The position numbers were made by a program, and so were the translations under genes. A stretch of 64,000 nt of DNA, from IMG/VR virus record IMGVR_UViG_3300002143_000235, positions 249,709 through 313,708 of that record; one strand, written 5' to 3'. The notes beneath the pieces are model-generated. The model had not been told where the DNA came from, did no database searches, and saw only the letters and a list, made by a program, of their open reading frames with translations. Positions 56,701 to 64,000 of the stretch are shown piece by piece; within the stretch, counting starts at the first letter, position 1, and each line of letters opens with the position of its first letter.

Positions 56701-57498
56701 AAACAATTTACGAAAGAACAGCAGAGAATTGGTACATTGAACAATTACCAGAAGGAACCCGTGTTATATTCAAATTTAATCCTGACTGTCAAGGTCAAGG
56801 TGTTATTCGTGGAATAGTTAATGATAGTGTTCCACTTTTGGGTAAAAAATATATTGTTGAAGTTGAAACTATGCATAATAGTATAAATGAAAAGTTAAAA
56901 CATAATTATACATGTTATGCCTTTTCTGAAGTTTTTTTACAAGTTATTTAATAAATTCAGTATGTCAGTAGCAACAACAATTAAAACAACAATCACTAAC
57001 ATTGACGATCTTCCGCTTGAAGTCAAAAATGAACTGGTAGTTATTGCACAATTAACAGAAGATGAAGCAGATCAAATTTTTTCAGACTACGATGAAGTTA
57101 TAGAATTAATTCGTGAATGTGGTGATAGGAACGAGACAAAAGATTCTTGTTATATCTACAAAGAATGGACAATCGATACACCATCATTTTCGATAACAGT
57201 ATTCGGTAGTAATTACCTGAAAGATCGATGCATCTGTGATTTAGAAATGAATGATGAAATTCAGATTATAAATCTTCAGTTACAAAAAGAAAGACAACAA
57301 TCAGATGCTGAACGACGCATTGCTAATAACCGATTATTGTGGGCACCAATTATAGAGGGTAAAACAACTGAAGAAATTTTAGATATCTTGCAGAATTTTA
57401 CACCAAAAAAGAAATAAATTTAAACTTTTTTGAGTTTAATTTCTATAATCAATCCGGTGCATGTATAATTGCATCAATCCAAAAAATAAATTTACAAG

Positions 57499-59175
57499 AT
57501 GTTTAGCAACAAAAAAACACAATTGTTCCCGACGCCTGCGAAAGCCGCGTCCTCGAACAGAGCATCTGCGACAACAAACGCATTTGTTGGGACTGCTATG
57601 AAGAAAGCAGCTGAGACACGTTCTGAGAACGGTGCTCTCAAATACAAAACTACAGGCGATGATTTCGTTGATCAATTCGGGAAACTGGGTGAAATGAAAC
57701 AACCGCGTTCATTTGCAACCATTGCAAAAGATCAGGCATTACTATGGTCACAAAACAAACTACTTACTGTAGCATTCACATTATACATCCGTATGATTAC
57801 TCGTGTAACTAATGTATTTGGAACTGAAACTTCTGTTTCACAGAAAGGTGCAGAACTTCGTCATGAGGGTATTATGCGAATGATTTGGTTGCATACAACA
57901 GCTCCAAAAACATTTTGGAATAACGTACCACTAATGGTATCAGTTGGTTCGTGGCAAGACATCTTTACGATGCTTCAATACGATCTTGTCTATAATGGAT
58001 GGGAAGGACGTAAACTTGACTGGACAAAGTTCGGTAAATTGATTCTTACTGGTCTTACAGATGAGACTCAAATGAACCTTGTTAAGAAATACCTTCCACA
58101 AATCAAAGCAAAATCAGCATGTAAGACTGTTGAAGCGCAAGCTGACAACATGATCGGAAAATGGTTGTGTTCTTTGATCTTCGGTACAAAAATTGGTCCA
58201 GAAGGTGCTACTTACAAAGCTTACCGTAAATTGAAAACTTCCGGAACAGCGCACGAGTGGCAGAAATTGATCTCGCAAGGTAAACACAAACTGGTTGATT
58301 TTAACACGATACACGGACGTGCTTTGAGTAAACTGGTACGTTCTAAATACTTAGCGAACCAGAATCTTACTGAGAAGTATGAAAGCTGGATCACAAAAGA
58401 TTCAACAACTGATGTGAAATACACTGGATTTGTTCACGAACTTTTCGCAGGTCTTCCATCAACAGAAGTTTCATTGGGTGTTGCAAAATCGGAAACGATC
58501 AACAAACAATTTGCAACACTTGTTAAGAAAGGTGGTAAAGGTGCAACAAACCTTATCGTTGTTCGTGATACATCTGGATCTATGGGTTCTACAGCAACAG
58601 GAACAAACATGAGCTGTTATAACATTGCGAAAGCTTTGGCATTATACTTCTCTGAGTTCTTGACTGGAACATTCCAAGATGCATGGATTGAGTTTAATAA
58701 TAATGCACAAATGCATACTTGGAAAGGTACAACACCAATTAATCGTTGGTACAACGACCGTTCAAGCTATGTTGGAGGCACAAATTTCCAATCTGTTGTT
58801 GACTTGTTCATTAACATGAAACGCCAAGGTGTTGCTGAATCAGATTTTCCATCAGGAATTCTGTGTATCTCTGATGGTGAGTTCAATGCATCAGATTTAG
58901 GTAAAACAAATGTTGAATCAGCTCGACGTAAGTTGACTGCTGCTGGATTCAGTGCTGAGTATGTTCGTAACTTTGTGATTGTTCTTTGGAACCTTCAATC
59001 TGGATACGGATCACGTGGCAATAAATTTGAAACCAACGGAGACGTTGAGAATGTATTTTATTTCTCTGGTTACTCAGCTGCAACTGTGTCGTTCTTAACG
59101 AATGATATCAAAACTGCTCGTGAGCTTTTCGAAGCTGCGATGAACCAGGAAGTTCTCTCAATGGTTCAAATCTAA
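57499..59175 (+). CDS. DUF2828-type TROVE/Ro60-like helical domain plus vWA protein
   Basis: 558 aa; SENGALKYKTTG start, GSWQD, KKYLP; C-terminal MIDAS DTSGSM, GGTNF, ISDGEF, WNL, SGYS. Confidence 0.7.
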   Translation: MFSNKKTQLFPTPAKAASSNRASATTNAFVGTAMKKAAETRSENGALKYKTTGDDFVDQFGKLGEMKQPRSFATIAKDQALLWSQNKLLTVAFTLYIRMITRVTNVFGTETSVSQKGAELRHEGIMRMIWLHTTAPKTFWNNVPLMVSVGSWQDIFTMLQYDLVYNGWEGRKLDWTKFGKLILTGLTDETQMNLVKKYLPQIKAKSACKTVEAQADNMIGKWLCSLIFGTKIGPEGATYKAYRKLKTSGTAHEWQKLISQGKHKLVDFNTIHGRALSKLVRSKYLANQNLTEKYESWITKDSTTDVKYTGFVHELFAGLPSTEVSLGVAKSETINKQFATLVKKGGKGATNLIVVRDTSGSMGSTATGTNMSCYNIAKALALYFSEFLTGTFQDAWIEFNNNAQMHTWKGTTPINRWYNDRSSYVGGTNFQSVVDLFINMKRQGVAESDFPSGILCISDGEFNASDLGKTNVESARRKLTAAGFSAEYVRNFVIVLWNLQSGYGSRGNKFETNGDVENVFYFSGYSAATVSFLTNDIKTARELFEAAMNQEVLSMVQI

Positions 59176-59720
59176 GAATAAATAAAACACTCAACTGTGA
59201 AAATGGTTGAGTGTTTTCAAAAATAATATCATGTACGGATTAACTATTGATTTTAAAAAAGAAGGTAATTTTTTTACAGTATCAAAAGATGTAAAAATTA
59301 CTCACGAGCAATTAGAAAAAATTTGCGATTTATTAAATTTTGATAAAATAAAATTTCAAGAAATTCCAGATTTTGAAGATATAGGTAATTTAACAATTGA
59401 AGCAGAATTTTACAATGAATGCACAATTGATGATCTATTTGATGATGATCATCAATTAGTTATGAATGGTTATGGACCTAATTTAGCATCATTTCTGTCT
59501 AATTTAGATTTTGGAATAGATTGGGATGAAGACACCAGTGAAGCTGTAACATCATTTAAAGCTACTATTGAAAATAAATATGTTATTACCTTTGATATTG
59601 AAGAAGGTGATTGTATTGAAGATAGAATCTATGAAACAGATGTAGTTAATCTTAAAATAATTAAAGTTTTACAGTAAACTAAAAGTACTCAATAGTCGAG
59701 CATAATTTAACAAAATAAAT

Positions 59721-60434
59721 ATGGCAATTAATTTAGAAAAGATTGAAGAACGTAAACAATCCGTTATAAATCTTAAAAAAAACAAAGGTATTGAAACACA
59801 GAAGGCACAAGTTGTTTTATGTTTGGATTATTCAGGATCTATGGATGGTCTTTATCGATCTGGTGTCGTACAAGAAACACTTGAACGTGTTTTACCGCTC
59901 GGTTTAGCATTTGATGATAATGGTGAAGTTGATTTTTATTTGTTTGAATCTGGTATTCGTAAGATGCCATCGAATATCACACTTGGAAATATTGATGGTT
60001 ACATCAATGAAAAAGTGATGAATAAATATAGTATGGGTGGAACAAATTATGCTCCAGCAATCAATGCTATTGTTAATGAATTTGCTGAAACTACTAAAAG
60101 TGGATTCTTTGGCAGTTCTAAACCAAAACAATTAGATCTTCCAGTATATGTAATTTTTATTACAGACGGTGAAAATTATGATGAAAGAGATGCAGAACGT
60201 GCAATGATTGAAGCATCTAAACATGGTATTTTCTTTCAATTTATTGGAATTGGTAATTCATCATTTCCATTTCTTGAAAAATTAGATGACATGCCTGGAC
60301 GTGTTATTGATAATGCAGACTTTTTCACTGTTCGTGATTTGAAAAACACATCAGACGATGATCTTTACAAAAAAATGATGACAGAATTTCCTGAATGGAT
60401 TAGAATGTCACGTCAAGCTGGACAAATTAAATAA
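59721..60434 (+). CDS. vWA-domain protein (Ter-associated vWA type)
   Basis: LDYSGSM, FDDNG, GGTNYAP, FITDG, FFQFIGIG, LDDMPGRVIDNADF. Confidence 0.8.
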   Translation: MAINLEKIEERKQSVINLKKNKGIETQKAQVVLCLDYSGSMDGLYRSGVVQETLERVLPLGLAFDDNGEVDFYLFESGIRKMPSNITLGNIDGYINEKVMNKYSMGGTNYAPAINAIVNEFAETTKSGFFGSSKPKQLDLPVYVIFITDGENYDERDAERAMIEASKHGIFFQFIGIGNSSFPFLEKLDDMPGRVIDNADFFTVRDLKNTSDDDLYKKMMTEFPEWIRMSRQAGQIK

Positions 60435-60756
60435 CATATGATTAATCAATTAGCTATCGAGTGTTACATGTTAACACAATCACATGAACCAATTATTCAG
60501 ATGCTAGAAGCAGCAGGAATTGAAACTGAAGATGGAGCAAGAATTGCATTGACTGGTGCAGTTAAATCTAATGTGGTTAGTGCTTTATCTTACGGATCTT
60601 CTTCAGCAGGAATTTCAACATCAAGAACAGCTGGACGTGTTTTAGAGCACTTCAGAAAAAAAGAAGAAAAAAAAGCATAAAAAAATTCAAACAAATTTCT
60701 GTTATGCGAATATAAAACGTATAATTGCATAACAGAACAAATGCGTTCATTGACAT

Positions 60757-61598
60757 ATTGGTACAAAAAAATAAAAAATAACATACAGCAATGTTTAATA
60801 ACGGTTATGTCCGAAAGGACCTGTGTGTGAGCTGTCATCTGAAAAGACACGTATTGTAAATGGGATTGAGTAGATAACTCATTAAACGCTTGGAACCGTC
60901 CTGAATTACTTTACGTTATAAGAACTTAGTAAGTAGCATATCATGCAGTGATTGAATTAGCAAGCAGACAGATTGACTTATCATTAGTCTGAAATTCTTG
61001 CATGTTATTTGAACAAAAGATTTCTTACAGCAAATATTCGTTTAAGCATCCTTATAGCTCGTGGTCGTAGGTTCGATTCCTGCTCTCGCAACAAATTAAA
61101 AAATAAATTGCGAGATAGCTCAGTGGTAGAGCACGTAATAACAAAAACAGAAATCTGATAAGATTAGTTACAGCAAACAAAACAAACATCAAACTTTTAC
61201 TTTGAACACGTTTAAAAACTCTAATCTGATAAGAAGTGTAACAGCAAAATCCTTTATGGTAAAAAATTTGACTCAAACTCAAAAATAGATGGTTCAAATC
61301 CGTCAGCTCGCCGGAGCATAAACGTCAACACTTCTGTACAAAGTCACTTACAGCAATTTTATAACACTGATTTTCTAACTCAATATGTTTAAAAATGTGA
61401 CTTGAAAAAAGAGCACTTACAGCAAACTTAAAACTTTACTTTTTTTGGATAAAAGACGGGCAGGTTCGATTCCTGCGGTGCGCGAACACTCTCGGTGCGG
61501 ATAAACTACACTGTGCTCTGATAAGGATACTTTCAGCAAATTTAAAAAAATTTCATTTGAAGAAAAAACAACACGTATCCTGAATTATTTGTACCAAT
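60757..61598 (+). ncRNA. Array of seven stem-closed RNA units with invariant CAGCAA and tRNA-derived interiors (candidate Y-RNA-like array)
   Basis: Units 60776-61010, 61018-61156, 61161-61227, 61232-61335, 61341-61403, 61410-61519 and 61524-61581, each with a different 7-9 bp terminal stem; outer helix 60757-60767/61588-61598. Confidence 0.8.
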
Positions 61599-61655
61599 TA
61601 TGCTTACTGCATAGTCAAAGAAAAACGACTAAATCCTGAGACGGAAATAGTTAAT

Positions 61656-61686
61656 AAAAAAGGCCAGTCAAATTGACTGGCCTTTT
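61656..61686. terminator. Bidirectional intrinsic terminator ending the RNA array
   Basis: AAAAAGGCCAGTCAA-a-TTGACTGGCCTTTTT. Confidence 0.88.
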
Positions 61687-61836
61687 TCTATTTCTTTAAT
61701 TTTGCAATACTAAAATTAGAATCAAGTCTGACTCGATTAGTACTTGGCTTCCATTTTATGGTTGGCGTAAATTCTATTCTTTTAGGTAATTCTGGTTTAC
61801 CTGAAGAATCTTTATAAGAAATAAAAACTTGTGCCA

Positions 61837-62421
61837 TTATTTAATATACTCTTCTTTAATAAGAGTATAAGTAAATGAATTCCCCCACTTGTCTCTAGCT
61901 TTTCTACAGATCGTCATGAATTCATTAAAATCCTTGATTCGTTTGAAAACAGAACAACCAGCTGACCAATTTTCAACTATTGATGAATCAACCCCACCTT
62001 TGTGAATATTAATTCCAAAGAGACCTTTCTCTATAGAATTCTCATCATAGATATTGTCTTTGTTACCATCACGGTATACAGCAACTTCTTTTTGTTGACA
62101 CAATGCTTCATATTTACCTTGGTGTAAACCAATACGGTGTGAACCTCTGTATTGTCCTGGTACCAATCTTGCACACCCTTTTGAGCTTAACAATTTCTTA
62201 AACATGTAAAATGATCCTGGATCGGTTGTGTTATTCCAGATATAAAATTGCCATACACCATCAACTTTGAATGATACAGTAATGTAATCATCAAATAGAT
62301 TTGTAACTTTATTTCCTTTTGTTCTAACTGCTACGATGTTAATATCGTAATCCCCACCTTCAAACCATTTATAACCTTTAGCTTTAACAGCTGTTTCAAT
62401 TTGTTCTCTTGTATACTTCAT
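61837..62421 (-). CDS. Putative endolysin / YkuD (L,D-transpeptidase)-like cell-wall enzyme
   Basis: GINIHKG...WSAGC (H-x14-C type motif). Confidence 0.55.
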   Translation of the reverse strand: MKYTREQIETAVKAKGYKWFEGGDYDINIVAVRTKGNKVTNLFDDYITVSFKVDGVWQFYIWNNTTDPGSFYMFKKLLSSKGCARLVPGQYRGSHRIGLHQGKYEALCQQKEVAVYRDGNKDNIYDENSIEKGLFGINIHKGGVDSSIVENWSAGCSVFKRIKDFNEFMTICRKARDKWGNSFTYTLIKEEYIK

Positions 62422-62449
62422 ATTTTTATTTTTAATTTAAGATTTTATT

Positions 62450-63124
62450 TTAATAGTCAGATTCTTCATCGAAATATTCATCATCTGTGTTGTCATATTC
62501 ATATTTAAACCATTCAACAAAGGCTTCAGTAGCTGAAAAATCTGGAGCGATTTTAGTAGTAACATCGAAATCATTTTTTATATTTAATTTATTATCAATA
62601 TAAATACCATATCCGTCGCCACTATAATCACAATCACCATTTGTGAATATTAAATCACCTTCGTCAAAAGTTCCACGTGACCATCCACCAAAATGCATCT
62701 TATCATAATTTATTCCAACTGATATTGATATGTTAAAGGAATTTTCAGAATCTTGATTTAAGTATTCACGAATAGTTGTAGATTCATTATTTTCATCGAT
62801 TTCAACACCTAAAATACGCTCGGTTTCTGTACCATTCATATAATACAATTCACCAAATGTAATGTCCATAAAATCATCTGCTGTTAATTTATTAAAATGC
62901 TCTACGCTATTAAATAAACCTTCAGCTTGGACAGAAGCTCGACCATCATCATAACCTAATGCACTAAATGTTTCAAATGGTATAACAGAGCTACTTATCA
63001 TACGCAACCCATTAGCATTAAGAATATATTCGGCATCAACTTGAACAGCATCAAGTGTTTTAAAAGTAATTCCGGCTCCACCGCCTTCATTCATTTTTTT
63101 CCATTCATTTATAGTAGTTATCAT
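62450..63124 (-). CDS. Putative internal head protein with CTS-like N-terminus
   Basis: MITTINEWKKMNE followed by GGGAG; acidic. Confidence 0.5.
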   Translation of the reverse strand: MITTINEWKKMNEGGGAGITFKTLDAVQVDAEYILNANGLRMISSSVIPFETFSALGYDDGRASVQAEGLFNSVEHFNKLTADDFMDITFGELYYMNGTETERILGVEIDENNESTTIREYLNQDSENSFNISISVGINYDKMHFGGWSRGTFDEGDLIFTNGDCDYSGDGYGIYIDNKLNIKNDFDVTTKIAPDFSATEAFVEWFKYEYDNTDDEYFDEESDY

Positions 63125-63172
63125 TGTACTGTTACTTTTATTTTTATATATTTATATTTGTATATTTGTAGA

Positions 63173-63919
63173 ATGAGAGCACCAAAAGCGTTTTTAGAAA
63201 AATGTGGCAAGGAATGGTTTGACGATTACGTCTACCTTGCACGTCAACCACTTGAAGATCGTGGATTTAATATTGTACCCTTTGATGGGACGTTCCTGGA
63301 TGACTTTATTGAACGAACTGTATTTGGACCTGACGATGTGCTTGTGGGCTCCGTAGAAGCAACGATTGCATTCTGGAAAGCGTTAGGTTTTAAAGTTCCA
63401 CGTTATATTGGATATCCAGTTGAATTTGAGAATGCTCTTTCACGTGCAATTACGATTTGCACATTTGAAGATATGGATTTAGAATTTCCATGTTTTATCA
63501 AACCTGCAAAAGATGTGAAGTTGTTTACAGGGTTTGTGATAGAAGACAAAAAATCATACAAACAGTTACACCTCACTTGTCCTGAATTAAAACCCGAAAC
63601 AGTAGTTTATATTTCAGAAGTCATTGATTTTAAAAGTGAATACAGATGTTTTGTTCATAAAGGTAAATTAGTTGGTATCAAGCATTATGCAGGTAACTAT
63701 CGTTTGTTTCCAGATATGGATTGGTTAGAAGAAGTTCTTGCTATAACATGGAAGCAAATGCCTGTTTCCTATACATTAGATATTGGTATAGATGATGGTC
63801 TGATGTACTTGGTTGAAATTAATGATTTCTGGGCTATTGGTGGATATGGATTAGATGGTAAGACTTATGTCAGAATGCTTGTCGATCGTTTTCAGGAAAT
63901 TAAATACAATAACATATAG
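63173..63919 (+). CDS. ATP-grasp domain protein (DUF4343/R2K-like)
   Basis: FIKP..DVKLFTG, SEYRCFV, YTLDIG, LVEIND; ATG at 63173 after a TATATTTG promoter. Confidence 0.75.
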   Translation: MRAPKAFLEKCGKEWFDDYVYLARQPLEDRGFNIVPFDGTFLDDFIERTVFGPDDVLVGSVEATIAFWKALGFKVPRYIGYPVEFENALSRAITICTFEDMDLEFPCFIKPAKDVKLFTGFVIEDKKSYKQLHLTCPELKPETVVYISEVIDFKSEYRCFVHKGKLVGIKHYAGNYRLFPDMDWLEEVLAITWKQMPVSYTLDIGIDDGLMYLVEINDFWAIGGYGLDGKTYVRMLVDRFQEIKYNNI

Positions 63920-64000
63920 TTTTTATCATTATTTTTCTGTATATTTGTAAAAAATTATTTAAACAATATGAAAAAATTAATTCTATTTATTTTTGGCGTT

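Noticed and set aside
60884-60900. Pro(UGG) anticodon-loop mimic CTTGGAA in array unit 1
   Set aside because: Flanks do not form a proper stem around a 7-nt loop and compete with the ACGGTT/AACCGT pairing
60776-61581. CRISPR array interpretation of the TTACAGCAA repeats
   Set aside because: The constant part is only 6-9 nt, unit lengths range from 58 to 235 nt, each unit is closed by its own stem, and no cas genes are in the window
1-64000. Genome-wide stop-codon reassignment (TAG to Gln)
   Set aside because: Long genes are intact in the standard code and coding density is high; only one in-frame TAG was noticed

Overview
AT-rich (my estimate is roughly 30% GC), gene-dense 64 kb segment of a large T4-like/jumbo tailed phage. 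The host is very likely in Bacteroidota, judged from recurrent TAnnTTTG promoters, absent Shine-Dalgarno motifs and a T9SS-type secreted protein. Recognisable genes: UvsW- and DinG-like helicases, UvsY-like protein, ClpP, DHFR, an HD-CoaD fusion, CoaE, two PTP/DSP phosphatases, two Pol-beta nucleotidyltransferases, 2H phosphoesterase, Mesh1-like HD hydrolase, radical SAM, M23 peptidase, ATP-grasp and putative virion proteins. The most striking content is non-coding. (1) An unannotated 29-aa leader peptide with 14 consecutive Ser/Arg codons and a terminator/antiterminator sits upstream of five Ser/Arg tRNAs whose anticodons read exactly those codons, i.e. a candidate translation-coupled attenuator of a phage tRNA operon. 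(2) Downstream of a TROVE/Ro60-like (DUF2828-type) vWA gene lies an array of seven stem-closed RNA units with an invariant CAGCAA motif, carrying tRNA fragments (anticodon stem-loop mimics, T-arms, one circularly permuted tRNA) and enclosed by one outer helix. (3) A cluster of tRNA-ended RNAs with aberrant interiors at 44.5-46.4 kb. (4) attC-like integron cassette signatures at about 24 kb. All calls come from reading motifs by eye; no searches or folding programs were run.
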